Part shown: one piece after another, positions 29,202 through 39,450 of the stretch
Layout: each line of letters begins with the position of its first letter
Position numbering within the stretch: position 1 is the first letter of the stretch
Source of the DNA: Alphaproteobacteria bacterium 16-39-46
Lineage (GTDB): Bacteria; Pseudomonadota; Alphaproteobacteria; 16-39-46
DNA: 44,906 nucleotides
Assembly (NCBI GenBank): GCA_002257235.1
Contig: NCGZ01000003.1
Coordinates: 1-44,906 of the forward strand
Direction: 5' to 3'
The notes under the pieces: model-generated
The model's input: only the letters and a program-made list of their open reading frames with translations
The model's database searches: none
What the model was told of the DNA's origin: nothing
Made by a program: the position numbers and the translations under genes

Positions 29202-29350
29202 GAGTTTTATTCAAAAACAGAACTTGCGTTCTGTTTTAATCTTTTTCTGAGGTAAGGGAGGAACATAAATTCTCATAAATCGTAAAAATTTCAAAAATAT
29301 CTTCGTTATTTCTTTTAAACGCGCTTGAAATTCAAAAATAGAAGGACTTT

Positions 29351-30616
29351 ATGATGGATTTTTTTAAAACCTCTTTACGCACAATCGACCCAGAAATTTA
29401 TAACGTTATAAAAGATGAACTTGATCGTCAGCAGAATCAAATTGAGCTCATTGCCTCTGAAAATATTGTCTCCCCAGCTGTTCTCGAGGCCCAAGGGTCT
29501 TGTTTGACAAATAAATATGCGGAAGGGTATCCGGGAGCACGGTATTATGGAGGGTGTGAGGTCATTGATGTTGCTGAAAATTTAGCCATCAGTCGTGCTA
29601 AAGAATTGTTTCAGTGTGCTTTTGCAAATGTTCAACCCCATTCTGGATCTCAAGCCAATCAAGCTGTTTTTTTGGCTTTTTTAAAGCCTGGAGATACGAT
29701 TCTCGCGATGGATCTTTCGTCAGGCGGACATCTGACCCATGGATCGTCCGTGAATCTTTCCGGAAAATGGTTTAATCCTGTTTTTTATAATGTTCATCCT
29801 GAAACGGGGCTTATTGATTTAAATGCCGTTGAGCTTTTGGCGCGCGAACACAAACCTAAGCTTATTATTGCGGGAGGATCTGCCTATTCGCGCATCATTG
29901 ATTTTGCAGGGTTTAGAGCCATTGCAGATCAGGTTGGGGCGATATTGATGGTGGATATGGCCCATTTTGCGGGTCTTGTAGCCGGAGGTGTCTATCCGAG
30001 TCCTCTTCCTTTTGCCCACGTGGTGACAACAACGACCCATAAAACTTTGAGGGGCCCAAGAGGAGGCATGATTTTATCTAATGACCTTGATGTTGGAAAG
30101 AAGATTAACTCAGCGATTTTTCCAGGACTTCAGGGGGGGCCTTTGTTGCACATTATTGCAGCTAAAGCGGTGGCATTTAAAGAGGCACTACTGCCGTCTT
30201 TTAAGACATATGCTCAAGATATTGTGGGGAATGCAGAAGCACTCGCCCAGGTTTTTGTGTCGCGGGGTATCCCTTTGGTTTCAGGGGGGACGGATACCCA
30301 TTTGATGACGTTAGATTTGAGGCACCAAGAGATTACGGGACGAGATGCTGAGGTTCTCCTCGATGGCGTTGGTTTTACGTGTAATAAGAATGCCATTCCC
30401 TTTGATCCGCTTCCGCCGCGCGTCACATCTGGCATTCGAATGGGAACGCCTGCGGCGACCACGCGTGGGTTTAAGCTCCCCGAGTTTGTGAGGGTGGGGG
30501 GATGGATTTCAGATTTGCTTGATGCTTTCTCTCATAAATCTGCTGAACTTGACGCGCTCCAGAGGAAAATGCGAGAAGATGTGACAAAATTATGTCAAAA
30601 ATTTCCAATCTACTGA
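29351..30616 (+). CDS. glyA: Serine hydroxymethyltransferase
   Basis: [35 protein letters not shown] and PLP lysine motif [13 protein letters not shown]. Confidence 0.99.
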   Translation: MMDFFKTSLRTIDPEIYNVIKDELDRQQNQIELIASENIVSPAVLEAQGSCLTNKYAEGYPGARYYGGCEVIDVAENLAISRAKELFQCAFANVQPHSGSQANQAVFLAFLKPGDTILAMDLSSGGHLTHGSSVNLSGKWFNPVFYNVHPETGLIDLNAVELLAREHKPKLIIAGGSAYSRIIDFAGFRAIADQVGAILMVDMAHFAGLVAGGVYPSPLPFAHVVTTTTHKTLRGPRGGMILSNDLDVGKKINSAIFPGLQGGPLLHIIAAKAVAFKEALLPSFKTYAQDIVGNAEALAQVFVSRGIPLVSGGTDTHLMTLDLRHQEITGRDAEVLLDGVGFTCNKNAIPFDPLPPRVTSGIRMGTPAATTRGFKLPEFVRVGGWISDLLDAFSHKSAELDALQRKMREDVTKLCQKFPIY

Positions 30617-30709
30617 GAGTGAGAAGGAATTAAACAAAACAGTTGTTTTTTCAAAGAAGGTTGGGTCAAAATCTTCTGAACAGTGGTCATGTGAGCAAAG
30701 GATGCGGGA

Positions 30710-31240
30710 ATGCGATGCCCTTTTTGTGGGTTTGAAGATACACAAGTTAAAGATTCGCGTCCGACAGAAGATGGAATGTCCATTAAACGCCGCCGATTTT
30801 GTGGTGGCTGTCAGTCGCGTTTTACAACGTTTGAACGTGTTCAATTGTGTGAATTGACGGTGGTTAAGTCTGATGGCCGAAAAGAGTCTTTTAGCCGTGA
30901 AAAGCTCGCAAGATCGATCTATGTCGCCACCCGTAAGCGTGCCATTCCTTCTGAGAAAGTTGAGCGCATTATTAATGGGCTCCAACATCGTCTTGAAACA
31001 CTTGGAGAATCAGAAATTTCGTCGCGTCTCATTGGTGAAATGATTATGGGTGTTTTATTTGAGCTTGACTCTGTCTCTTATATCAGGTTTGCATCGGTCT
31101 ATAAGAAGTTTAGCGAAATGACAGATTTTCAAGAATTTATTGGAAAGCATTTAGATGATAAGAAGGAAAACCCTCGAAAAAAGAAAGAGTCCCGTAAATA
31201 TCCAAGTTTATTTGAAGGTGTTGATGATGAAGTTAGGTGA
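30710..31240 (+). CDS. nrdR: Transcriptional repressor NrdR
   Basis: MRCPFCG..DTQVKDSR, RRRFCGGCQSRFTTFER, ATP-cone and YIRFASVY. Confidence 0.98.
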   Translation: MRCPFCGFEDTQVKDSRPTEDGMSIKRRRFCGGCQSRFTTFERVQLCELTVVKSDGRKESFSREKLARSIYVATRKRAIPSEKVERIINGLQHRLETLGESEISSRLIGEMIMGVLFELDSVSYIRFASVYKKFSEMTDFQEFIGKHLDDKKENPRKKKESRKYPSLFEGVDDEVR

Positions 31241-31243
31241 AAT

Positions 31244-31711
31244 TTGAAAGACGAAAAAGAATCTAAAGGGATATATCCAAAAAAGAGGTCTGTTTCTCGG
31301 TTGGCAGCCGTTCAGGCACTCTATCAGGTCTTTTTTAGAGGAGAGACCCCGGCTTTGGTCATTCGGCAGTTTATTGAAAATAATATTCTTGAAGAGAACT
31401 TTATCCCAATTTCGGACACGTTAGATGTGAGTCTTTTTTCTCAATTGGTCTTAGGGGTTTCTGAAAAACAAGTAATGCTGGATGATATTTTGCGTCAAAA
31501 TCTGTCTCCTGAATGGCCTTTTGAGAGGATTGACCCTATTATTATTGCGATTTTGAGATGTGGACTCTTTGAGATTTTGACGTTCATCGAGATCCCCATC
31601 CCCGTCATTATATCTGAGTACATTGACGTTGGACATGCCTTTTGTGGCGAAAAAGAAGCACATTTTATCAATGGGCTTTTGGATCGTTTGGCACGGTTAT
31701 TAAGATCTTAA
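31244..31711 (+). CDS. nusB: Transcription antitermination factor NusB
   Basis: RSVSRLAAVQALYQ, WPFERID, AILRCG, VIISEY and FINGLLD. Confidence 0.96.
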   Translation: MKDEKESKGIYPKKRSVSRLAAVQALYQVFFRGETPALVIRQFIENNILEENFIPISDTLDVSLFSQLVLGVSEKQVMLDDILRQNLSPEWPFERIDPIIIAILRCGLFEILTFIEIPIPVIISEYIDVGHAFCGEKEAHFINGLLDRLARLLRS

Positions 31712-31862
31712 TGAAAGATTAAAGAGAAGGAATATTGAAGAAATATTTCTAAAATCCCTTAAAATTATTATTTTCCTTGTAAAAATGAAGTTTGATCTGT
31801 TATAGAAAAGACGGTGATAATCGTGTGTTCTATCTATTAATTTAGGTTTTAAAGGGTTTAAA

Positions 31863-33404
31863 ATGAGTACCAAATCAACTTCTCCGACCGCAGACTTTAC
31901 AGGGTGGCGTGCTGCTCTCTGGCCAATTCATAATTTTGAATTGAAGAAATTTTTGCCGTTGGCTTTTATTATGTTCTGTCTTCTCTTTAACTATACATTG
32001 CTGCGTGATACAAAAGATACGCTCGTGGTGAACTCGGCAGGAGCTGGAGCCATTACGTTCTTGAAACTTTATTGTGTGACGCCAGCTGCTATTTTATTTG
32101 TTATTATCTATGCGAAACTTACAAACATTTTCAGTCGTGAAAATGTTTTTTACATTGTGGTGGGACCCTTCGTGGTCTTTTTTGCATTGTTTGGTTTTGT
32201 TATTTATCCAAATCTTGCAGCTCTGCATCCTTCTCAAGAAGCGGTTATGGCGCTTCAAATCGCCTATCCTCGATTGAGTGGATTCATCGATATTTATGCC
32301 TATTGGGCATTTTCTCTTTTCTATGTTTTTGCAGAAATTTGGGGAAGTGCCATGATTGCGCTGATGTTTTGGCAGTTTGCCAACTATATCGTCCGCATGA
32401 AAGAGTCCAAGCGGTTTTATGGTCTTTTTGCAGTGATTGGAAACTTTTCTCTGGTTCTGTCAGGGCAATTTGTGAGTATTTGTTCCGGAGAAACGGTTCA
32501 ACAATACTTTTCCACAAAGGAAGCGGCCTGGGAATTTTCCGTGTATCTCCTCATGGGGGGTGTGACGGTGTTTGGATTCCTTGCGATGTTTATTTATCGT
32601 TGGATTTATACAAACGTTCTGACAGATAAACGGTATTTTGATCCAGCGGAGCAAAATCATCCGGTTAAGAAGAAAGAAAAGCCTTCGCTCGTGGAAAGTT
32701 GTAAGATTATTTTCCGTTCTCCTGAGCTCGGTCTTATCGCAATTCTTATTATGGCGTATGGGATTACCATCAATCTTGTGGAAGTTCAATTTAAACATCA
32801 ATTGGGTCTTTTTTACAGCGGCGATAAGGGAGGATACAACTTCTTTATGGGGCAGTATTCAACGTTGACGGGTATTCTTACGATTCTCTTTGGCTTGTTT
32901 GTAGGCTCTAATATTTTGCGACGGGTCAGTTGGTTTAAAGCAGCGGTCATTACGCCGCTTGTGATCAGCGTTGGAGGCGGTCTTTTCTTCCTCTTTACTT
33001 TTGCTGAAGAAATTGCTGAATATGCACTCCATACGTTTTCTTTGGGTGCCGTTGTGGCTGCAACGTTTCTGGGAGCTGCGATTGTGATCATCAGCAAGGC
33101 CATCAAATACATCTTATTTGATGCAACGAAGGAAATGGCCTACATCCCTTTAAACGATGAACTTAAGACAAAAGGTAAAGCAGCTGTTGACGTGATTGGT
33201 GGACGGGCTGGTAAAGCCGGTGGTGCCTTTGTTCAAAATATGCTTTTGATTGCTTTTGCAACAAAAGACGTTGTTTTGATTGCACCTTATGCTTTCGTTG
33301 TTTTCGTAGTGATTTGTCTCTTGTGGCTCATTGCGGTGAAGGCTCTCTCCAAACGTGTTGATGCAGCTGTGAAGCTTCGCGAAAAAGAAGCCAAGCATGC
33401 TTAA
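31863..33404 (+). CDS. tlc: ATP/ADP translocase (Tlc/Npt nucleotide transporter family)
   Basis: ELKKFLP, LRDTKDTLV, AEIWGS, FWQFAN, KRFY, NLVE, FDATKEMAYIPL and KGKAAVDVIGGRAGKAGG. Confidence 0.96.
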   Translation: MSTKSTSPTADFTGWRAALWPIHNFELKKFLPLAFIMFCLLFNYTLLRDTKDTLVVNSAGAGAITFLKLYCVTPAAILFVIIYAKLTNIFSRENVFYIVVGPFVVFFALFGFVIYPNLAALHPSQEAVMALQIAYPRLSGFIDIYAYWAFSLFYVFAEIWGSAMIALMFWQFANYIVRMKESKRFYGLFAVIGNFSLVLSGQFVSICSGETVQQYFSTKEAAWEFSVYLLMGGVTVFGFLAMFIYRWIYTNVLTDKRYFDPAEQNHPVKKKEKPSLVESCKIIFRSPELGLIAILIMAYGITINLVEVQFKHQLGLFYSGDKGGYNFFMGQYSTLTGILTILFGLFVGSNILRRVSWFKAAVITPLVISVGGGLFFLFTFAEEIAEYALHTFSLGAVVAATFLGAAIVIISKAIKYILFDATKEMAYIPLNDELKTKGKAAVDVIGGRAGKAGGAFVQNMLLIAFATKDVVLIAPYAFVVFVVICLLWLIAVKALSKRVDAAVKLREKEAKHA

Positions 33405-33427
33405 TCTCTAAATGCGTGGAGTATATT

Positions 33428-33462
33428 AAAAATACGGCAGAGAAATCTGCCGTATTTTTTTT
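33428..33462 (+). terminator. Rho-independent terminator, probably bidirectional
   Basis: aaaaatacggcaga-gaaa-tctgccgtattttt perfect stem between the convergent tlc and ABC genes. Confidence 0.9.
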
Positions 33463-33567
33463 ATGTGTTTTAGAGGACCGGAATGTTAAACAAAACGTCC
33501 TGTGGACCGACAATTAAAAGTACCGTCCGTATTGCATCATCTAAAAATCATTGCCGAATATCCTCTT

Positions 33568-35361
33568 TTACAGAGGCTTATTGGGTAAAAATCCTCCCAC
33601 TTGCGCTTCCCAAAGCGTTTTATAAAGCCCTTCTTTCTTAAGTAACTCATGATGCGTTCCATCCTCTACAATTTTACCATTCTCAAAAACTAAAATCCGA
33701 TCCATATGAAGAAGCGTGGAAAGACGATGGGCGATAACAAGAGAAGTCTTGCCTTTCATTATTTCCCATAAGGATTCTTGAATAAGAGACTCTGTGACAG
33801 AATCAAGCTGGGAAGTAGCCTCATCTAAAATCAATATGGGCGCATTTTTAAGCGTCGCGCGAGCAATCGCAATACGTTGACGCTGTCCCCCAGAAAGTTT
33901 TATACCCCGCTCACCGACAAGAGAGTCGTAACCTTCGGGAAGTTTTGAAATAAATTCATGAGCATGGGCCCGTTTAGCCGCTTCGATGACGGCTTCATCT
34001 GTTGCATCAAGGCATCCATAGCGAATATTATCCGTTAATGAACGATGATATAATGACGGATCCTGTGGAATCATGCCCACTGCATTTCGTAAAGAATCTT
34101 GCGTAATTACTTTTACAATCTGCTTATCAATTAAGATTTTTCCCTCATTGATGTCAAAGAGACGAAGAATTAAATTTGCAAAAGTTGTTTTTCCACACCC
34201 TGAATAACCTACGAGCCCAACCTTTGACCCTCCCTCTATCGTTACGGATAAATTTTGGAAAAGAGGGATTGCTTCCCTATAATGAAATGTAACATTATCA
34301 AAAATGATTTCTCCTTTCGTGATATGTAAGGGCGTTGCATTTGGTTGATCTTGGATTCCAACACTTTTAAATAAGCTACGAATACTTTGATTGCACTTTC
34401 CAACTGCATTATTTAAATTATCAATTTGTTCTGTCACGTACCAAATTGTAAATCCTACTTCAATGCTTAACCCTAAAATCAAAGCAAAATCTCCAATTGT
34501 GACAAGCCCTAGCGTTCTTAATCTTATCAGGGTGTACATCATAAAAGAGAGCATTAAAGTTTGTGAAAAACCTTGAATTAAATGGAGCTTTATCAAAAAC
34601 CACTGTTTTTGTTGAAACTTATTTTTCATGATTTCCAGAGCTTTAAGAATATAAGAGCTTTCGTAGGCAGAGCGTGAAAATAGTCTAATATTTTGAGAGT
34701 TAGAAACGCTATCGACGAGCTGACCCGAGACAAGTGACTCACTTTCAGCATATGTATCCGCAAGTCTCACAATTTTTTTAGAAAATAGCCAGCTTATGAG
34801 GAAAAAAAAGAAAGCCCAGACAGCGAATCCATAAAAAAAGATGGGTCGGACAAAATACATGCTTATAAGCGCTCCGATTAAAAGTACGGCCCCTCTGATA
34901 ATATGGGGGGAAATGTCATGTATTGATTCTTCCATGTTATTGGCCAAGATATTAATGTTATTGGAAATTTTACCACTAAGGTTTTCTTGGAAAAATTGAT
35001 GGGAATGGCTTATCACATATGAAAATGTCTCTCTAATAACCTTATTTTTTATATAAGGTTGAATTTTTTTGTTAATATAGCCAATGCCTCTCCAGGAAAG
35101 ATTATGAATTTCAAAGTTAATTATAAAAAATAAAGCTGGCCAAAAAACTGCGGATGCAATGTTGTTAGAGGACGGCACTCTTTCAAGGGAATCTATAATA
35201 AGTTTAAGCAAGTTTGAGTTAACGACACCATACAATCCGGACGCCATGGAACATAAAATTCCCACCCAAATAAGAAAGGTATAAGGCTTTAAAAAATAAA
35301 GCATGAGAGAAGAAAGTGTTTTCGGGAATTTTTTGTCTGAAGGGTGTAATTCATTAACCAT
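33568..35361 (-). CDS. Fused ABC exporter (TMD+NBD, MdlB/MsbA-like)
   Basis: N-terminal TM domain; GYSGCGKTT, LSGGQRQRIAIAR, ILDEATSQLD and IAHRLST. Start re-called at MVNELHP (35361), downstream of ggag. Confidence 0.93.
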   Translation of the reverse strand: MVNELHPSDKKFPKTLSSLMLYFLKPYTFLIWVGILCSMASGLYGVVNSNLLKLIIDSLERVPSSNNIASAVFWPALFFIINFEIHNLSWRGIGYINKKIQPYIKNKVIRETFSYVISHSHQFFQENLSGKISNNINILANNMEESIHDISPHIIRGAVLLIGALISMYFVRPIFFYGFAVWAFFFFLISWLFSKKIVRLADTYAESESLVSGQLVDSVSNSQNIRLFSRSAYESSYILKALEIMKNKFQQKQWFLIKLHLIQGFSQTLMLSFMMYTLIRLRTLGLVTIGDFALILGLSIEVGFTIWYVTEQIDNLNNAVGKCNQSIRSLFKSVGIQDQPNATPLHITKGEIIFDNVTFHYREAIPLFQNLSVTIEGGSKVGLVGYSGCGKTTFANLILRLFDINEGKILIDKQIVKVITQDSLRNAVGMIPQDPSLYHRSLTDNIRYGCLDATDEAVIEAAKRAHAHEFISKLPEGYDSLVGERGIKLSGGQRQRIAIARATLKNAPILILDEATSQLDSVTESLIQESLWEIMKGKTSLVIAHRLSTLLHMDRILVFENGKIVEDGTHHELLKKEGLYKTLWEAQVGGFLPNKPL

Positions 35362-35725
35362 TTTGAGGCATCTCCTATATTTGGATTTTGCTGGATGGTA
35401 CAATAAAAAAATTAAACGATAATTTAAGAAATCTCCAACCTTCTACAATACTTTTATTTAAACGAAGAATCTAGACAAAATATTTTTTATGGATAAATGC
35501 CGAAAACTTCTCCCTTTAAAGAGGAGAAGATGTCAATTTTTAACTTCTTTTTTAAGTTAATTGATCTGAAAAGGAGGGTGTTAAGCGCTTTATTTGAGGA
35601 CAAAGGCGAGCGAGATTGAAAAGGAGAGCTCAAAAACGTATTGACGTTGAGGCTCAGATAGTCCATGAAAAGAGAGGAGTTTTAAATATGTTTATGGTTG
35701 TCGTTTAAAAAAATGGATCTCTAGA

Positions 35726-37798
35726 ATGCTTTATTATGTAACGCTTGGATGTGCTGGGTTAGCACTTTTATATGGACTTCTTGCAACGCGCTCTGTGCTT
35801 TCTGCAAGTGCGGGAAATGAACGGATGCAAGAAATTGCTGCTGCAATTCAAGAAGGCGCAAACGCCTACTTAAACCGTCAATATACAACGATAGGGGCTG
35901 TTGGCCTTGTGGTTGGAGGACTTTTATGGTTCTTCATGAATACGCCCGTCACCATTGGATTTTTTATCGGGGCCATTTTATCGGGGTTGGCTGGATATAT
36001 TGGAATGAACATTTCTGTTCGTGCCAATGTCAGGACAGCAGAAGCGGCGCGTCATGGTATCAAGCCAGCGCTTGCGCTTGCTTTTAAGTCAGGAGCTATC
36101 ACTGGTCTTTTGGTCGTGGGTCTTGGTCTTCTCGGTGTCACCTCTTATTATATGATCCTCACTGAGTTTGGTTATTCAACGCGGAGCATTCTTGAAGCTC
36201 TTGTAGCGCTTAGTTTTGGGGCCTCTCTTATTTCAATTTTTGCGCGTTTAGGCGGCGGTATCTTTACAAAAGGAGCCGATGTGGGGGCGGATCTTGTTGG
36301 AAAGATTGAAGCTGGAATTCCAGAAGATGATCCCAGAAACCCTGCGGTGATCGCAGACAATGTTGGCGACAATGTCGGGGATTGTGCTGGTATGGCGGCA
36401 GATCTTTTTGAGACCTATGTCGTTACGCTTGTTGCAACCATGCTCCTCGGTGCAATTTCCTTTGTCGGTGCTATTCAAGAAAAGGTTTTGCTTTATCCTC
36501 TTTTAATTGGGGCCGTCTGTATTGTTGGGTCAATATTAGGAACTTTTTTTGTAAAACTCGGTAAAAATGGCTCGATCATGGGAGCTCTTTATAAAGGGCT
36601 TATTTCTTCAGCTGTTATTTCGGGGGGATTTATTGTTGGCCTAACTTACTATCTCTTTGGAGAAGAGACGCTTTATTACGGAGATTTTATCCTTGAAGCT
36701 GATGATCTTATTTTCTGTTCCTTGATAGGATTGGTGGTAACGGGTCTTTTGGTGTGGATTACAGAATATTATACCTCCACATCATATTGCCCTGTGAAAA
36801 GTATTGCTAAATCTTCAACGACAGGACATGCAACAAACATCATTCAGGGGTTGGCTGTTTCGATGGAAGCAACAGCTCTGCCGGTGTTGGTTATTTGTGG
36901 CGGCATTATTGGGGCCCATATGATTGCAGGTCTTTTTGGAATTGCCCTTGCAGCGACAACCATGTTGGCCCTTGCTGGGATCATTGTTGCGCTTGATGCC
37001 TATGGGCCTGTCACAGATAATGCCGGTGGTATTGCTGAGATGTCAAATTTGCCAAAGGAAGTTCGGAAGGTGACGGATGCTTTGGATGCCGTTGGAAATA
37101 CGACGAAAGCCGTTACCAAAGGATATGCGATTGGATCTGCCGCTCTTGCTGCATTGGTTCTTTTTTCCGCCTATACAGAAGACTTGAATCATTATTTTAT
37201 AGGGTTGGACGTAACGTTTTCTCTGCAAGATCCTTTTGTGGTGGTTGGGCTTTTCATTGGGGGGCTTCTGCCGTTTCTCTTTGGCGCTCTTTGCATGAAG
37301 GCGGTTGGTCGTGCTGGTTCCGCTGTTGTGGTCGAAGTTCGTCGCCAATTTAAAGAGATCAAAGGCATCATGGAAGGAACGGCAAAACCTGAGTATGGAA
37401 AGGCCGTTGATCTTTTAACAAAATCAGCCATCAAAGAAATGATCGCACCGTCTTTGCTTCCTGTTTTGTCTCCGATTGTCTTGTATTATTTAGTGCTCTG
37501 GATTGCAGGACAAGCAGCGGCCTTTTCTGCTTTAGGGGCGATGCTGATGGGAACGATTATCACGGGTATTTTTGTGGCAATTTCCATGACTTCTGGTGGT
37601 GGAGCTTGGGATAATGCTAAAAAATACATCGAAGATGGTAATTTAGGCGGAAAAGGATCTCCGGCTCATATGGCTGCCGTTACAGGTGACACAGTGGGTG
37701 ATCCCTATAAAGATACCGCAGGTCCTGCGATTAATCCTATGATTAAGATTATTAACATTGTGGCGCTGCTTTTGCTGGCAGCACTCTCTCATAGTTAA
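35726..37798 (+). CDS. hppA: Membrane-bound H+-translocating pyrophosphatase, K+-independent type
   Basis: [49 protein letters not shown] (Lys variant) and [11 protein letters not shown]. Confidence 0.97.
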   Translation: MLYYVTLGCAGLALLYGLLATRSVLSASAGNERMQEIAAAIQEGANAYLNRQYTTIGAVGLVVGGLLWFFMNTPVTIGFFIGAILSGLAGYIGMNISVRANVRTAEAARHGIKPALALAFKSGAITGLLVVGLGLLGVTSYYMILTEFGYSTRSILEALVALSFGASLISIFARLGGGIFTKGADVGADLVGKIEAGIPEDDPRNPAVIADNVGDNVGDCAGMAADLFETYVVTLVATMLLGAISFVGAIQEKVLLYPLLIGAVCIVGSILGTFFVKLGKNGSIMGALYKGLISSAVISGGFIVGLTYYLFGEETLYYGDFILEADDLIFCSLIGLVVTGLLVWITEYYTSTSYCPVKSIAKSSTTGHATNIIQGLAVSMEATALPVLVICGGIIGAHMIAGLFGIALAATTMLALAGIIVALDAYGPVTDNAGGIAEMSNLPKEVRKVTDALDAVGNTTKAVTKGYAIGSAALAALVLFSAYTEDLNHYFIGLDVTFSLQDPFVVVGLFIGGLLPFLFGALCMKAVGRAGSAVVVEVRRQFKEIKGIMEGTAKPEYGKAVDLLTKSAIKEMIAPSLLPVLSPIVLYYLVLWIAGQAAAFSALGAMLMGTIITGIFVAISMTSGGGAWDNAKKYIEDGNLGGKGSPAHMAAVTGDTVGDPYKDTAGPAINPMIKIINIVALLLLAALSHS

Positions 37799-37816
37799 GA
37801 TTAATCTGATTGAGCT

Positions 37817-37853
37817 AAAAAACCCTTAAGGAGAGATTCTTAAGGGTTTTTTT
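37817..37853 (+). terminator. Rho-independent terminator
   Basis: aaaaaacccttaagga-gaga-ttcttaagggttttttt. Confidence 0.88.
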
Positions 37854-37968
37854 ATGGGTTTTTATTTCAGCTTTGATTTTTTAGGAAAATATGTTTTATT
37901 AAATTTTATAAGAATTCTTTATAACGCTTGTAGATGATTTAAATTCTTCAACTTTCAGAAAGATCAGT

Positions 37969-38394
37969 ATGTTTATAAAAAAATCGTTCCTTTTGCTGAG
38001 TTCATTCTTATTAATTTCCCCAGATCTTTACGCAATGGAAAGTGATAGAGATCTGGAAGGAGAGAAAAATAAGTCTCTCTCCAAAAATCCTTTGAAATTA
38101 TCTCCTTCAAAATATATTTCATCACGTTCTTTTGAATCTCCAGAGGAAGAGAAGTTTTTTCTTAGAACAATGATTCATGAGAAAAAATATGCGTGGTTAT
38201 TAGACGATCAGCGTGACTACCTTTTAGAAATTCTTAACAAAGACAATCTGAGTATTTTTGAAGAATCTCCACACGCCTATTCTGAGAGACTCCTAGGGTC
38301 GTCTAGATTAACTTATTCTGACTTTGTTCAGGGAAGGCGCATGGTCTTGTTTAGTAATGCACTTTATAGTTTTGAAATCAAAAGGAAAAAATAG
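37969..38394 (+). CDS. Secreted hypothetical protein, possibly truncated
   Basis: Signal peptide ending DLYA-MESD; ends in an A-rich run next to the TA modules. Confidence 0.6.
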   Translation: MFIKKSFLLLSSFLLISPDLYAMESDRDLEGEKNKSLSKNPLKLSPSKYISSRSFESPEEEKFFLRTMIHEKKYAWLLDDQRDYLLEILNKDNLSIFEESPHAYSERLLGSSRLTYSDFVQGRRMVLFSNALYSFEIKRKK

Positions 38395-38616
38395 TGGAAA
38401 GAGAGGTCCTTTAAATGATTTTAGGCAATTAAATTTCGATCATGGTGAAGATTGAAGTTGGGTTGACTGATGGATTGATCTTCTTACATCTTAAGCAATA
38501 CAAACCACAAGTCTCGAGAAGTGTCGAGATACCCAAAAAATGGAGATTTTCGCCCGCTCGCGATAAGGACGGATACCTTTGCAGCTCGATGATATTTATG
38601 ACTCTTTTTCAATCAC

Positions 38617-38649
38617 ATAAAATCATATAATATTTTTATATGATTTTAT
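38617..38649. promoter_or_regulatory. Inverted-repeat operator upstream of vapBC
   Basis: Perfect 14-bp arms ataaaatcatataa-tattt-ttatatgattttat immediately before the antitoxin RBS (aggagg). Confidence 0.75.
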
Positions 38650-38665
38650 AGGAGGAAAGAGAATT

Positions 38666-38938
38666 ATGAACCTCATTACGGTAACGCAAGTTGTAAGAAA
38701 TTTTGGTAATATTATTGGGCGCGTTTATTATAAAAGAGAGGAGTTCAATATTAAAAAAGGCTCTCAGATTGTTGCGTGTCTATCTCCACCTAAACGTAAG
38801 TCTGGTCTGTCTATGGCAGGACTCGAAAGAGTTCTTAAGAAGGGTCTTTTTTTATCTTCAAAAGAACTTGAAGATTTTGAAAGAGATATTCAGTTTATGC
38901 GTGAGAAAAAAGAAGAGCTAATTGATAAATGGGATTAA
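38666..38938 (+). CDS. Phd/YefM-like antitoxin
   Basis: ITVTQVVRNFGNIIGRVYYKREEFNIKKGSQIVACLSP resembles the Phd fold; overlaps the PIN toxin start. Confidence 0.8.
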   Translation: MNLITVTQVVRNFGNIIGRVYYKREEFNIKKGSQIVACLSPPKRKSGLSMAGLERVLKKGLFLSSKELEDFERDIQFMREKKEELIDKWD

Positions 38939-39333
38939 TTATTGACACATCTGTTATTATAGAAACAGAAAGAAAAAAAATAAATTTTATGCATTATGAA
39001 AAATATGAGGAAGCTTATATAAGCGTTATTAGTATTTCTAAGCTTCTTGTAAGAGTCTATCGAGCAAACACAGAAGAAAGAAAAATTAAAAGAGCTGCGT
39101 TTGTAGAAAATATTATCAATAATATCCCCTCGTTATCATTTCAGGAAGAGGAAGCACGACTCTATTCAAATTTAATTTATCTTCTTTGGCAAAAAGGAAT
39201 AACAATCGGAGTACATGACATTATGATAGGAGCAACAGCTCTTGTTCATGGATATTCAATCTTAACTTCAAATAGTGCAGATTTTTCAAGAATACCTGGT
39301 CTAAGTGTTATAAATTTTGAATCTAAAATTTAA
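38929..39333 (+). CDS. vapC: VapC-like PIN-domain toxin, likely catalytically impaired
   Basis: IIDTSVII, HDIMIGATA and TSNSADFSRIPGL; the expected catalytic Glu in helix 2 is Lys (SISKLL). Confidence 0.88.
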   Translation: MGLIIDTSVIIETERKKINFMHYEKYEEAYISVISISKLLVRVYRANTEERKIKRAAFVENIINNIPSLSFQEEEARLYSNLIYLLWQKGITIGVHDIMIGATALVHGYSILTSNSADFSRIPGLSVINFESKI

Positions 39334-39450
39334 GTATACAAAAACGCGCTCTAAAGATGAAGAAACGCGTAAAAGCAAGAAAAATTATGTAAAGAATTAT
39401 TTTCCAAATAGAGAGGATTCTCTGGAAAGACCTTTTTAAAACGAAAGAAT

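Noticed and set aside
28928-29350. ZMP/ZTP or glycine riboswitch upstream of glyA
   Set aside because: Conserved aptamer elements could not be identified by eye.
33463-33567. Possible gene remnants in short intergenic stretches (also 9383-9500 and 10103-10197)
   Set aside because: Too short, without a start or recognisable motif, to support a call.
38442-38630. 62-aa ORF between the secreted orphan and vapBC
   Set aside because: No RBS or motif and it runs into the operator palindrome. It may be debris of a longer gene, but I could not reconstruct a continuous frame.
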